From positions 1 through 25,191 of the IMG/VR virus record IMGVR_UViG_2778261276_000008: DNA of 25,191 bases. One strand, given 5' to 3'. The notes beneath the pieces are model-generated. The model did not search any database. It was not told the DNA's origin and worked only from the letters and a program-made list of their open reading frames with translations. A program made the translations under genes and the position numbers. The stretch comes from a virus. Taxonomy: Duplodnaviria > Heunggongvirae > Uroviricota > Caudoviricetes. Shown here piece by piece: positions 1 through 9,337 of this stretch (its first letter is position 1; every line of letters starts with the position of its first letter).

Positions 1-1053
1 TTACGGGGTAATGCCAACCGCTGCCGCCACTTTGTCGCCACTTGGCAGTGTTGCCAGAGGATTGAAACGGAGCGCCGTTTCCAGATGATCCGGTGCCAGA
101 TGTGCGTAACGCATAGTCATTTTTATATCGTGGTGTCCGAGAATTTTTTGTAAGGCCAGAATGTTTCCACCCGACATCATGAAGTGCGCCGCAAACGTAT
201 GGCGCAGAACGTGTGTGAGTTGACCGCGAGGGAGCACGATAGACGTTTTTTCCATCACGGATAAAAATTGAAAATAGCAGTCTGTGAAGAAATTGAACCC
301 ATCAAGCGCCATGATCTCTTCGTAAAGCTCTTTACTGATAGGGATGCTTCTGTTTTTCTTCCCCTTCGTTCTTACAAAGGTAATTCGGTATTTGGTCACC
401 TGTGAACGAGTAAGATTTACGGCTTCTCGCCAGCGTGCGCCTGTGCTTAAGCATATCTTAACTACCAGTGCCAGAATTGGGTCCTGACGTTTGCAATCAG
501 CCAGTAATTCAACAATCTGCTCATGGGTAAGCCATGCCATCTCTTTTTCTGCGATGGTGAATTTTCGCATGTTCTCCAGTGGGTTTGGATATGACCATTC
601 GCCCAGGCGGGATAGTTCGCTAAAAACACTACTTAGATAGCTTTGCTCTAGGTTAATGGTGACCGGGCTGGCTCCTTTCTTCCATTTCTCGCTGAAGTAG
701 ATCTCACCTGTCAGTCGTTTATCTCGATAATGGGCAAACATTTTAGATGTGAGATCGGTTGCAAGGGGATTGCCCAGAGCGTCAACCATCAGCAGCAATT
801 TGTCATAGACATGCTGCCCAGCAGTCAGAGATTTACCATGTAGTTTGAACCATAGCTCAACCACGTCTTTCAGGGTTCGACGATCTACTGATTCGCCCAG
901 CCAGGGCTTTGCTTCGGTTTCTTCCATCGTGTGACGCTCAAAAGCCAGTGCTTCGCCTTTGGTGGCGAATTGTTTACGCACACGACGCCCACTACGTCCG
1001 GCGGGGTAACATTCGCAAAGCCATTTTCCTGTGGTGAGTTTTCGTACTGCCAT
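1..1053 (-). CDS. int: Tyrosine integrase (P2/186 Int family), 350 aa
   Basis: Full ORF with the stop codon at 1..3 on the reverse strand. The C-terminal region has the tyrosine-recombinase pattern (R...HxxR...Y; LRHTFAAH, MRYAHL). Sits at the prophage end next to the att repeat. Confidence 0.9.
   Translation of the reverse strand: MAVRKLTTGKWLCECYPAGRSGRRVRKQFATKGEALAFERHTMEETEAKPWLGESVDRRTLKDVVELWFKLHGKSLTAGQHVYDKLLLMVDALGNPLATDLTSKMFAHYRDKRLTGEIYFSEKWKKGASPVTINLEQSYLSSVFSELSRLGEWSYPNPLENMRKFTIAEKEMAWLTHEQIVELLADCKRQDPILALVVKICLSTGARWREAVNLTRSQVTKYRITFVRTKGKKNRSIPISKELYEEIMALDGFNFFTDCYFQFLSVMEKTSIVLPRGQLTHVLRHTFAAHFMMSGGNILALQKILGHHDIKMTMRYAHLAPDHLETALRFNPLATLPSGDKVAAAVGITP
19..41. repeat. 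Candidate attL core (CGCTGCCGCCACTTTGTCGCCAC), inside the 3' end of int
   Basis: Seen in sequence: matches 22337..22359 at 21 of 23 positions (two C/T differences). Confidence 0.5.
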
Positions 1054-1134
1054 AAAAAATGCCCTCCAATAGAGAGCATTTTTACTGTATGTATAACCAG
1101 TGTCAATGTATTAGATACATGTTGTCATACATCA

Positions 1135-2109
1135 TCACTTTTTGGTAATGCTGTCATCATTTGCTGCTGATTTTTTATCTACAAGTGTACCTAGAATGTT
1201 AAATAAATTTGGAGGTGGCTGCATTTTATCTGCGAATGCAGAATTAGCAGACATGTTCCAATCTTTAAACACATCAATAGCATCTTGTTTTGTCGCAGTT
1301 GAACCATAAATTTGTAAGAAGACTTCACCAAACATTAGAGCATGTTGTCTGTCTTTTCTTATGATTGCTTCATGTGTGTATTTTTTTGAATTGTTTAAAC
1401 AAAAATAAGAAAGCCAAGAAAGTAATGCAACCCCAAGCAAGCCTCTAGTGAAATAATAAAAAAGTTCAATGGGGGTAGTATCTTTTATATCTATTTTATA
1501 AAAAAATGTTAAAAAGGCGGCACTTATAGATAATAATGAAAATAGTATTCCGGCTATCGCCCAATTGTAAGACATTGCAGTGAAATCTTTATCATCCTGC
1601 TGTAGTTTTTCTTTGACGCCCTGCACATATTTAGGAACTTTTTCGTCAATTTTATTTTGTTGGATTTTGCTTGAAAGTTCTTGGTTTTGAAGCTTTAGCT
1701 CATTGTTTTTGGCGTGTTGGAAATCTAGCTGTGATGCTAGTTTTTTTTTACTTTCCATTTCATTTAATAATTTTTCATTCAACTTTTCCATTTGCTCTGA
1801 ATGAGAGTTATGGATTTTTTGCAATTCACGCACTTTATGCTCTAATTTAGTGATTTTTGAAATGTAATCATCTATCTCACTATTTTTTAAGGATGTGCGT
1901 TCGGGGTTAATGTGCTCACAATTATATTTTTTAGAAAAATATTTACTGTAAACATCAAAAAGCACATCGAATTCATTAAACTTTAAAGAATTCAATAGTT
2001 TTTTCAAATCATTATAGACACTATCGGATAAATATGATTTTAATTCCTCTAGTTTAATGATTCTAGAGATATATTCTTCACTATTATCTTTCCAATTGGA
2101 ACCGGCCAT
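1135..2109 (-). CDS. Hypothetical protein, 324 aa: coiled-coil N-terminal region plus two predicted transmembrane helices (cargo gene)
   Basis: Long ORF, visibly AT-rich compared with flanks. SD-like GAGGA about 7 nt upstream of ATG. Lys/Glu/Leu-rich heptad-like region around aa 80-170. Hydrophobic helices at about aa 183-204 and 224-238. Lies 12 bp downstream of the cI-like gene on the same strand. Confidence 0.6.
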   Translation of the reverse strand: MAGSNWKDNSEEYISRIIKLEELKSYLSDSVYNDLKKLLNSLKFNEFDVLFDVYSKYFSKKYNCEHINPERTSLKNSEIDDYISKITKLEHKVRELQKIHNSHSEQMEKLNEKLLNEMESKKKLASQLDFQHAKNNELKLQNQELSSKIQQNKIDEKVPKYVQGVKEKLQQDDKDFTAMSYNWAIAGILFSLLSISAAFLTFFYKIDIKDTTPIELFYYFTRGLLGVALLSWLSYFCLNNSKKYTHEAIIRKDRQHALMFGEVFLQIYGSTATKQDAIDVFKDWNMSANSAFADKMQPPPNLFNILGTLVDKKSAANDDSITKK

Positions 2110-2121
2110 TCCAATATCCTC

Positions 2122-3066
2122 TTATAATTCTTCTATAAGCAAAAATTTGCATTTAGCAATAACATCAATGTCTGAAATATTACATTCAAACGATAAATAA
2201 TTGTCTGAGATTTTTAATCTTCCTACAGGTATCCTAGTTAGGGTTCGAATACTCACTTTTCCTTCTATTTCAACAATCCATTTACCATCTGTAATTTCAT
2301 CAAATGACTGATCACATAGGTATGTTTTTTTTGGGGTACTGACAATCAGTGGTAATTGGATTGAGTCTGGTATTAATGCTTTATCAAGCATATAGAAATC
2401 TGACTCAAATAGATTCCCATCAGTGATTTTTTTGCGTGTAATAGCAATTACATCATTTCTTGCATCGTCAAACTTTGGGCCTTTACCAGTAGTTAGCCAC
2501 GTTAGTGAAGTACCCGTTTCTAGAGCGCACTTAATTATCCAGTCTGAAGGAAAGACATCACGCATATATCTTGTGGCTAATGTGCTTTTTGAAATACCTA
2601 AGTGATCAGCTAAGGCTTGGCGCGTCTTATAACCGTAAGCCTTAACAATTCGTTCTATTGCTTCCTTGCCACCTCGAGAAAAATCAACGGAGTTTTCATT
2701 GTCGAACTTTTGTTGTTTATAGTGAACATCATGATAAGAACCATCTTCGGAGTGTGTTTCAACATGTTGTTCTGGTGAAGGGGATGGCATTTGCTCGTCA
2801 TCATCTGAACCAAATGCTAGCCATTTAATTGATGCTCCTGTTTCCATTGAGCAGATAACTACCCAATCTGCAGGAAATGTATCGCGGGCATATCTGTTAG
2901 CCATCGTGCTTTGGGAAATACCTAGATGGTTACAGAATGCCTGGCGTGACTTGAAGCCATAAGCCATGAGTATCCGCTCAATTACTTTCTGACCACCGCG
3001 ATTCTGTATGACAACGGCTTTCATATCGTCATTCATATGGCGAAATGTGAATTTTTGAGTTGACAT
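2122..3066 (-). CDS. cI: CI-like immunity repressor with tandemly duplicated 186-CI-type HTH domain, 314 aa
   Basis: Two internal repeats (about aa 14-86 and 117-195) share a GG..IERI..AYG(F/Y)K.RQA...HLGIS.ST.A.RY.RD.FP.DW...C..ETG.S..WL..G pattern, resembling the N-terminal DNA-binding domain of coliphage 186 CI as I recall it. Divergent from the apl-like gene, as in 186. Confidence 0.75.
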   Translation of the reverse strand: MSTQKFTFRHMNDDMKAVVIQNRGGQKVIERILMAYGFKSRQAFCNHLGISQSTMANRYARDTFPADWVVICSMETGASIKWLAFGSDDDEQMPSPSPEQHVETHSEDGSYHDVHYKQQKFDNENSVDFSRGGKEAIERIVKAYGYKTRQALADHLGISKSTLATRYMRDVFPSDWIIKCALETGTSLTWLTTGKGPKFDDARNDVIAITRKKITDGNLFESDFYMLDKALIPDSIQLPLIVSTPKKTYLCDQSFDEITDGKWIVEIEGKVSIRTLTRIPVGRLKISDNYLSFECNISDIDVIAKCKFLLIEEL

Positions 3067-3154
3067 GTTCTTTATGTGAACCTATTCTCCGTTTTGTGAT
3101 GTCTTTATCACGATTAAAACCAGCTCACCACAAGCTAAAAGGAGATGTTGCATC
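3067..3154. promoter_or_regulatory. Lysis/lysogeny switch region (divergent or face-to-face promoters, candidate operator)
   Basis: Intergenic region between divergent cI-like and apl-like genes. Contains the palindrome GTGAT-N6-ATCAC at 3096..3111 and an AAGGAG SD for the apl-like gene at 3139..3144. Confidence 0.45.
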
Positions 3155-3376
3155 ATGACCCCTAACATTTCAATAACTCTGAATACGCCACACGTCACAA
3201 TCGAGCGTTATAGCGAACTTACTGGCCTTTCAATCGACACAATCAACGATATGCTGGCTGATGGTCGCATCCCTCGGCATCGTCTTCGTAAAGACAAAAA
3301 AAGAGAAAAGGTAATGATCAACCTTGCTGCTCTTACCGTTGATGCACTTACTGATTTCAATATTGCATTCAATTAG
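3155..3376 (+). CDS. Apl/Cox-like small HTH protein (excisionase / early regulator), 73 aa
   Basis: First gene of the rightward early operon, with an AAGGAG SD. HTH-like segment [24 protein letters not shown]. Position is equivalent to 186 apl / P2 cox. Confidence 0.6.
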   Translation: MTPNISITLNTPHVTIERYSELTGLSIDTINDMLADGRIPRHRLRKDKKREKVMINLAALTVDALTDFNIAFN

Positions 3377-3408
3377 TTCCATTTTGGGATGTTTCAGGAG
3401 TGTCGACT

Positions 3409-3918
3409 ATGTTTGATTACCAAGTTTCCAAACATCCACATTTTGATGAAGCCTGTCGTGCTTTCGCACTGCGCCACAACCTGGTGCAACTGGCAGAACG
3501 TGCAGGCATGAATGTGCAGATTCTGCGGAACAAGCTGAACCCAGCTCAACCTCATTTATTAACCGCACCAGATATCTGGCTACTTACCGATCTGACTGAA
3601 GATTCAACGCTGGTAGATGGCTTTTTGGCTCAGATTAATTGTCTGCCATGTGTACCGATTAATGAGGTGGCAAAAGAGAAACTGCCGCATTACATCATGA
3701 GTGCAACAGCAGAGATCGGGCGTGTAGCTGCAGGTGCGGTTTCAGGCGATGTAAAAACCAGTGCAGGTCGTCGTGATGCGATCAGCAGCATTAACTCTGT
3801 AACACGACTGATGGCGTTGGCTGCTGTTTCATTGCAGGCCCGTTTACAGGCTAATCCTGCGATGGCGAGTGCAGTTGATACCGTGACTGGCCTCGGTGCT
3901 TCATTCGGTTTGCTATGA
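3409..3918 (+). CDS. cII: CII-like transcriptional activator (186 CII family)
   Basis: Protein beginning [24 protein letters not shown]... closely resembles 186 CII as I recall it. ATG at 3409 has a CAGGAG SD 8 nt upstream. The ORF track's GTG at 3400 is an alternative start. Confidence 0.75.
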   Translation: MFDYQVSKHPHFDEACRAFALRHNLVQLAERAGMNVQILRNKLNPAQPHLLTAPDIWLLTDLTEDSTLVDGFLAQINCLPCVPINEVAKEKLPHYIMSATAEIGRVAAGAVSGDVKTSAGRRDAISSINSVTRLMALAAVSLQARLQANPAMASAVDTVTGLGASFGLL

Positions 3919-3925
3919 GGTGCTT

Positions 3926-4126
3926 ATGCTTACGAAAGAACCATCATTTGCATCGCTGCTGGTAAAACAAAGTCCGGCAATGCACTACGGTCACGGCTGG
4001 ATAATGGGTAAGGATGGTAAACGCTGGCATCCGTGCCGTTCACAAGATGAATTGCTGGCAGAACTATCAACGAAAAAACGGGGGAACAAATGGCTATTGA
4101 AGGCGCTGCGGCGACTGTTCCATTAA
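3926..4126 (+). CDS. Small hypothetical early protein (positional analogue of 186 fil)
   Basis: ORF with a GAGGTG SD directly after the cII stop. Function not recognisable from sequence. Start is uncertain (ATG at 3896 is the alternative). Confidence 0.4.
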   Translation: MLTKEPSFASLLVKQSPAMHYGHGWIMGKDGKRWHPCRSQDELLAELSTKKRGNKWLLKALRRLFH

Positions 4127-4431
4127 GCCCCGGTGAACGCCTGAATGGACTTAATCACATTGCGGAGTTAAGGGCGAAAGTTTTTGGCCTGAATATTGAG
4201 TCAGAGCTTGAGCGGTTTATTAAAGATATGCGTGATCCACGGGATATCAATAACGAACAAAATAAACGGGCACTGGCAGCCATATTCTTTATGGCAAAAA
4301 TTCCGGCTGAACGTCATAGCATCAGCATTAATGAGCTGACCACTGACGAAAAGCGGGAGTTGATTAAAGCAATGAATCATTTTCGTGCAGTGGTGAGCTT
4401 ATTTCCCAGACGGCTAACCATGCCGAATTAA
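4090..4431 (+). CDS. Hypothetical early protein, 113 aa (positional analogue of 186 dhr)
   Basis: ORF in the early operon that overlaps the preceding ORF by 37 nt. No recognisable motif. Confidence 0.5.
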   Translation: MAIEGAAATVPLSPGERLNGLNHIAELRAKVFGLNIESELERFIKDMRDPRDINNEQNKRALAAIFFMAKIPAERHSISINELTTDEKRELIKAMNHFRAVVSLFPRRLTMPN

Positions 4432-4498
4432 CCAACTAATGAAATTCATGGCGTAAACCCGCCGGGCATCCCTTTATCTAAATTAAGGAGAATTTATT

Positions 4499-4732
4499 AT
4501 GCGTAATATTGAAACCCTCAAGACTAAGACCGGACCGGATGACGCAGGGCTTAATATTTTACTGACAGAGGCTCGTCTGGAAGAACGCCGGGCAAGGGCT
4601 GAAGCAATGGCAGCTCGCCTTGATAGTCTGGCGTGTCATATTACATCCCGCCAGCTAAACCACGTCGAAGCGGCAGAACTGCTGCGTGTGACTGCTGAAG
4701 CAATCCAGAACGAAGCGCAGGAGATCCACTAA
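4499..4732 (+). CDS. Hypothetical early protein, 77 aa
   Basis: Strong SD (AAGGAG) 7 nt upstream. Stop overlaps the next start (TAATG). Confidence 0.55.
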   Translation: MRNIETLKTKTGPDDAGLNILLTEARLEERRARAEAMAARLDSLACHITSRQLNHVEAAELLRVTAEAIQNEAQEIH

Positions 4733-4959
4733 TGGCTGATGCAATGGATCTCGTACAGCAGCGCGTTGAAGAAGAACGCCAGCGCCATATCCGTGCTGCC
4801 CGTGCCAAAACGCCGGGCGTGTCACGCGTGCTTTGCATTGAATGTGAAGCGCCAATTCCGCCAGCAAGACGCCGCGTCATTCCGGGAGTGCAGCTTTGCA
4901 TTACCTGCCAGGAAATCGCAGAGCTGAAAGGCAAACATTACAACGGAGGTGCTGTATGA
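4732..4959 (+). CDS. TraR/DksA-type C4 zinc-finger protein, 75 aa
   Basis: CxxC...CxxC motif (CIECEAPIPPARRRVIPGVQLCITCQ) typical of the TraR/DksA family. Translationally coupled to the neighbouring genes. Confidence 0.7.
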   Translation: MADAMDLVQQRVEEERQRHIRAARAKTPGVSRVLCIECEAPIPPARRRVIPGVQLCITCQEIAELKGKHYNGGAV

Positions 4960-5813
4960 GCACCATCCTGAAATGGGCGGGTAATAAAACCGCCATTATG
5001 TCCGAACTGAAAAAACATCTTCCTGCTGGCCCGCGGCTGGTTGAACCTTTCGCGGGTTCTTGTGCTGTGATGATGGCGACGGATTACCCCAGCTATCTGG
5101 TTGCGGATATTAATCCTGATTTAATCAACCTCTATAAAAAGGTTTCTGCTGATTGTGAGGCGTTTATATCTCGCGCCAGAGTTTTATTTGAGAACGCAAA
5201 CAGGGAGGTGGCTTATTACAACATAAGGCAGGAGTTTAATTACTCAACTGAAATTACTGATTTCATGAAAGCGGTATATTTCCTGTATCTCAATCGTCAC
5301 GGTTACCGTGGGTTATGTCGCTATAACAAGAGCGGGCATTTCAACATTCCCTACGGTAATTATAAAAATCCGTATTTCCCTGAAAAAGAAATTCGCGCAT
5401 TTGCAGAGAAAGCCCAGCGAGCAACGTTTATCTGCGCCAGCTTTGATGAAACGCTGGCGATGCTGCAGGTGGGGGATGTGGTGTATTGCGATCCGCCTTA
5501 TGACGGTACGTTTTCCGGTTATCACACTGACGGCTTCACTGAAGATGACCAGTATCACCTGGCATCCGTTCTTGAACATCGGTCATCAGAAGGACATCCC
5601 GTCATTGTTTCTAACAGTGACACATCCCTGATCCGTTCGCTGTATCGCAATTTTACTCACCACTACATCAAGGCAAAACGCAGCATCGGTGTGGCAGCTG
5701 GTGATAGTAAATCTGCAACAGAAATCATTGCTGTTTCCGGGGCGCGCTGCTGGGTGGGATTTGATCCTTCGCGTGGCGTAGATAGTTCTGCTGTGTACGA
5801 GGTGCGTGTATGA
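4956..5813 (+). CDS. dam: DNA adenine methyltransferase (Dam family, N6-adenine, GATC-type)
   Basis: Motif I FAGSCAV and motif IV DPPY. N-terminus [11 protein letters not shown] resembles Dam. GGAGGT SD 6 nt upstream of ATG at 4956. ATGA overlap with upstream and downstream genes. Confidence 0.85.
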   Translation: MSTILKWAGNKTAIMSELKKHLPAGPRLVEPFAGSCAVMMATDYPSYLVADINPDLINLYKKVSADCEAFISRARVLFENANREVAYYNIRQEFNYSTEITDFMKAVYFLYLNRHGYRGLCRYNKSGHFNIPYGNYKNPYFPEKEIRAFAEKAQRATFICASFDETLAMLQVGDVVYCDPPYDGTFSGYHTDGFTEDDQYHLASVLEHRSSEGHPVIVSNSDTSLIRSLYRNFTHHYIKAKRSIGVAAGDSKSATEIIAVSGARCWVGFDPSRGVDSSAVYEVRV

Positions 5814-8224
5814 GTCATGACGATATGAGCAACTCTAGCGGCTTTAACGAGGCCGCTGCATCATTTTCATGGAACGGCCCGAAAAAGGCCATTAACCCTT
5901 ATCTGGACCCGGCGGAATTTGCGCCGGAGTCTGCACTTTCAAACCTGATCACTCTGTATGCTGCCGATAACGAGCAGGAACAACTGCGCCGCGAGGCACT
6001 GAGTGAGCAGGTCTGGGAGCGTTATTTCTTTAATGAATCCCGTGATCCTGTCCAGCGCGAAATGGAGCAGGATAAGCTCATTAGCCGCGCAAAGCTTGCG
6101 CATGAGCAGCAGCTTTTTAACCCGGACATGGTCATTCTGGCAGATGTCAGCGCCCAGCCTACCCACATCAGCAAGCCGCTGATGCAACGTATCGAATACT
6201 TCAGCAGCCTGGGCAGGCCAAAGGCTTATTCCCGCTATTTGCGTGAGACGATTAAGCCATGTCTGGAGCGACTGGATTGTGTACGCGACAGTCAGCTATC
6301 CGCTTCTTTCCGTTTTATGGCAAGCCATCAAGGGCTTGAGGGCCTGCTGATCCTGCCTGAAATGAGTCAGGATCAGGTAAAACGCCTGTCCACCCTGGTA
6401 GCTGCGCATATGAGCATGTGCCTTGATGCCGCTTGTGGCGATTTATATGCCACCGATGACGTTAAGCCAGAAGAAATCCGCAAGACATGGGAAAAGGTGG
6501 CAGCGGAAACCCTGCGACTGGATGTTATCCCGCCTGCGTTTGAGCAACTCCGCCGGAAAAGAAACCGCCGCAAACCCGTGCCCTATGAACTCATACCGGG
6601 TTCGCTGGCACGTATGCTTTGCGCCGACTGGTGGTATCGAAAATTGTGGAAGATGCGTTGCGAATGGCGGGAAGAGCAGTTGCGTGCTGTCTGCCTGGTC
6701 AGCAAAAAAGCATCTCCCTATGTCAGCTATGAAGCCGTGACGCATAAACGTGAGCAGCGCCGTAAGTCGCTGGAGTTTTTCCGTTCTCATGAACTGGTGA
6801 ACGAAGACGGCGACACGCTGGATATGGAAGATGTGGTAAACGCCAGCAGCAGCAACCCGGCACATCGCCGCAATGAGATGATGGCCTGTGTTAAAGGTCT
6901 GGAGCTTATCGCAGAAATGCGTGGTGACTGCGCCGTTTTCTACACTATCACCTGTCCGTCACGTTTCCATTCCACGCTCAACAACGGCAGACCCAACCCG
7001 ACCTGGACAAATGCGACGGTAAGACAAAGCAGCGATTATCTGGTCGGCATGTTTGCTGCATTTCGTAAGGCTATGCACAAAGCCGGGTTGCGCTGGTATG
7101 GCGTGCGGGTGGCTGAGCCGCACCATGACGGTACTGTGCACTGGCATCTCATGTGTTTCATGCGCAAAAAAGACCGCCGCGCCATTACTGCATTGTTGCG
7201 TAAGTTTGCCATCCGTGAAGACCGCGAGGAACTGGGTAATAACACAGGTCCACGCTTTAAATCTGAGCTGATAAACCCACGCAAAGGAACACCGACAAGC
7301 TACATCGCGAAATACATCAGTAAGAACATTGACGGGCGTGGTCTGGCTGGCGAGATCAGCAAGGAAACGGGTAAATCCCTGCGTGATAATGCTGAATACG
7401 TTAATGCCTGGGCGTCTCTGCATCGTGTTCAGCAATTCCGCTTCTTTGGCATTCCGGGGCGTCAGGCTTACCGTGAACTGCGATTGCTGGCTGGTCAGGC
7501 GGCAAGGCAACAGGGGGACAAAAAAGCAGGTGCGCCGGTACTGGATAACCCGCGCCTTGATGCCATCCTGGCTGCTGCTGATGCTGGTTGTTTTGCCACC
7601 TACATCATGAAGCAGGGCGGCGTACTGGTTCCCCGCAAATATCACCTTATCAGAACAGCTTATGAAATTAACGAAGAGCCGACTGCTTATGGCGATCACG
7701 GTATTCGTATTTATGGCATCTGGTCACCCATTGTACAGGGCAAGATTTGCACTCATGCAGTGAAGTGGAAAATGGTTCGTAAGGCCGTTGACGTTCAGGA
7801 GGCGGCAGCCGACCAGGGCGCTTGCGCCCCTTGGACTCGTGGCAATAACTGTCCCCTTGCTGAAAATTTGAACCAACAAGGGAAAGACAAATCAGCTGAT
7901 GGGGACTCCAGAACGGATATTACCCGTATGAATGACAAGGAGTTGCACGATTACCTGCACAGTATGAGCAAAAAAGAGCGCCGGGAACTGGCTGCAAGGT
8001 TACGCCAGGTGAAACCGAAACGGCGTAAAGACTACAAACAGCGAATTACAGACCATCAGCGACAGCAGCTCGTCTATGAACTGAAGTCCAGGGGATTTGA
8101 TGGCAGCGAGAAAGAAGTCGATTTGCTCCTTCGCGGCGGCAGTATTCCGTCAGGAGCAGGCCTGCGTATCTTCTATCGGAACCAGCGTCTGAAGGAAGAT
8201 GATAAGTGGCGGAACCTGTATTAA
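5810..8224 (+). CDS. A: Replication initiation endonuclease (P2 gpA family, rolling-circle HUH), 804 aa
   Basis: HUH-like HWHLMCF motif and YIAKYISK catalytic tyrosine motif. Size and position match P2/186 gene A. Confidence 0.9.
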   Translation: MSHDDMSNSSGFNEAAASFSWNGPKKAINPYLDPAEFAPESALSNLITLYAADNEQEQLRREALSEQVWERYFFNESRDPVQREMEQDKLISRAKLAHEQQLFNPDMVILADVSAQPTHISKPLMQRIEYFSSLGRPKAYSRYLRETIKPCLERLDCVRDSQLSASFRFMASHQGLEGLLILPEMSQDQVKRLSTLVAAHMSMCLDAACGDLYATDDVKPEEIRKTWEKVAAETLRLDVIPPAFEQLRRKRNRRKPVPYELIPGSLARMLCADWWYRKLWKMRCEWREEQLRAVCLVSKKASPYVSYEAVTHKREQRRKSLEFFRSHELVNEDGDTLDMEDVVNASSSNPAHRRNEMMACVKGLELIAEMRGDCAVFYTITCPSRFHSTLNNGRPNPTWTNATVRQSSDYLVGMFAAFRKAMHKAGLRWYGVRVAEPHHDGTVHWHLMCFMRKKDRRAITALLRKFAIREDREELGNNTGPRFKSELINPRKGTPTSYIAKYISKNIDGRGLAGEISKETGKSLRDNAEYVNAWASLHRVQQFRFFGIPGRQAYRELRLLAGQAARQQGDKKAGAPVLDNPRLDAILAAADAGCFATYIMKQGGVLVPRKYHLIRTAYEINEEPTAYGDHGIRIYGIWSPIVQGKICTHAVKWKMVRKAVDVQEAAADQGACAPWTRGNNCPLAENLNQQGKDKSADGDSRTDITRMNDKELHDYLHSMSKKERRELAARLRQVKPKRRKDYKQRITDHQRQQLVYELKSRGFDGSEKEVDLLLRGGSIPSGAGLRIFYRNQRLKEDDKWRNLY

Positions 8225-8318
8225 TTACGCGGGTTAACAATTCGTGCTCTTAATAATACCAGGCATATCAGGCCGATGAACGTAAAAAAACGTTTTACAT
8301 CAGTAAGATTATTATATA

Positions 8319-8334
8319 CTGTAAATATAAACAG
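8319..8334. promoter_or_regulatory. LexA box (CTGTAAATATAAACAG) in the promoter of the tum-like operon
   Basis: Exact CTGT-N8-ACAG with an AT-rich spacer, 43 bp upstream of the ATG at 8377 and overlapping -10-like hexamers. Position is equivalent to the 186 SOS promoter p95. Confidence 0.6.
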
Positions 8335-8376
8335 TGGTTATGTGTACAGTATTGTTTTGGTGTCATAGGAGGAAAG

Positions 8377-8565
8377 ATGCAGGACTATTTTTTGGAGTCT
8401 TTGAAGCTCCAGCGCATTGATTTTTTTCTTAAGCTTGTAGCGGCTAGTGAGTGTAGTGATGAAGAGAAGGGGCTGGCTCTGCAGTGGGTTTCTGAATTGA
8501 CTGATGAACTCATGGCAAAAATCAGAAGCCACGAATACAACCGCTCAATGGATGTCATCAGCTGA
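8377..8565 (+). CDS. Small protein, 62 aa, first gene of the LexA-controlled operon
   Basis: AGGAGG SD 5 nt upstream. Immediately followed by the DinI-like gene. Confidence 0.5.
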   Translation: MQDYFLESLKLQRIDFFLKLVAASECSDEEKGLALQWVSELTDELMAKIRSHEYNRSMDVIS

Positions 8566-8575
8566 GGTGACTTTT

Positions 8576-8809
8576 ATGCGCATTGAAATAATGATCGATA
8601 AAGAGCAGAAGATTAGCCAGTCTACCCTGGACGCACTTGAATCCGAGCTTTACCGCAATCTGCGCCCCCTGTATCCCAAAACGGTAATTCGCATTCGCAA
8701 AGGTAGCTCTAACGGTGTGGAACTAACCGGACTGCAACTGGATGAAGAAAGAAAACAAGTGATGAAAATTATGCAGAAGGTGTGGGAGGACGACAGCTGG
8801 CTGCATTAA
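8576..8809 (+). CDS. DinI-family protein (186 Tum-like SOS antirepressor module), 77 aa
   Basis: Sequence MRIEIMIDKEQKISQ...LYRNL...IRIRKGSSNGVELTG...VMKIMQKVWEDDSWL resembles E. coli DinI (MRIEVTIAKT... ending in the W-rich acidic tail). GAGGTG SD 5 nt upstream of the ATG. Confidence 0.7.
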   Translation: MRIEIMIDKEQKISQSTLDALESELYRNLRPLYPKTVIRIRKGSSNGVELTGLQLDEERKQVMKIMQKVWEDDSWLH

Positions 8810-9001
8810 GAAATGTTGCCCCCAGGAGGATTCATTCTGATGGGGGCTAGTTTGGGCAATGAGTGAAATAAGGCGTAAGGTGGGCGGTTATTTTGATAAG
8901 TGATCGTCCGCTTTGTGTCAGAAGCAGAAGTGGGAGTGTCTGAGACTCTCTAAAAGTTGATGATTCACTTACAAAACCATTTTCCTGATGGATGCTTACA
9001 C

Positions 9002-9337
9002 TTACGAATGATCATTCTGTTTAGTCTTCATGAGAAAATCCCGAATCTTTGCCAAGTTTGAATTTTCGGGGATTGAATCCATGTACGGATCACGCTCAAA
9101 CACTAATTGCTCAGATTCAACGAAAGCCTGCCACTCTAATGGGTCTAGCTCAAATCCCATTGCTGTCATATCACTTTCATCTTCCCCCTCGATCCAGTGG
9201 ACTAAATAAAACAATTCATCATCAGGAGAATCATCCTCACCATCAACAATATCAACATCGGTTACAGTGATACGTAGGGTGGGATCGATTTTTGAGACAT
9301 AAATTCCTAACTGTGGTATAGGGGGAATATTGTTCAT
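9002..9337 (-). CDS. Strongly acidic hypothetical protein, 111 aa (cargo)
   Basis: ORF with an AAGGAG SD 5 nt upstream. By my count 26 Asp/Glu against 7 Lys/Arg. No recognisable catalytic motif. Confidence 0.55.
   Translation of the reverse strand: MNNIPPIPQLGIYVSKIDPTLRITVTDVDIVDGEDDSPDDELFYLVHWIEGEDESDMTAMGFELDPLEWQAFVESEQLVFERDPYMDSIPENSNLAKIRDFLMKTKQNDHS

Noticed and set aside
4641-4934. 97-aa and 70-aa minus-strand ORFs antisense to the zinc-finger and upstream early genes
   Set aside because: Overlap translationally coupled early genes on the opposite strand, with no SD.
6959-7699. 246-aa ORF antisense to replication gene A (and similar antisense ORFs at 6443..6865 and 7036..7284)
   Set aside because: Entirely embedded in the strongly supported gpA coding region, with no SD and a composition typical of spurious open frames opposite GC-rich coding sequence.
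8377-8809. Single fused tum gene spanning both small ORFs
   Set aside because: A stop codon at 8563..8565 is followed by a well-spaced GAGGTG SD and ATG at 8576, so two coupled genes is the simpler reading. A frameshifted single gene cannot be excluded without alignment.
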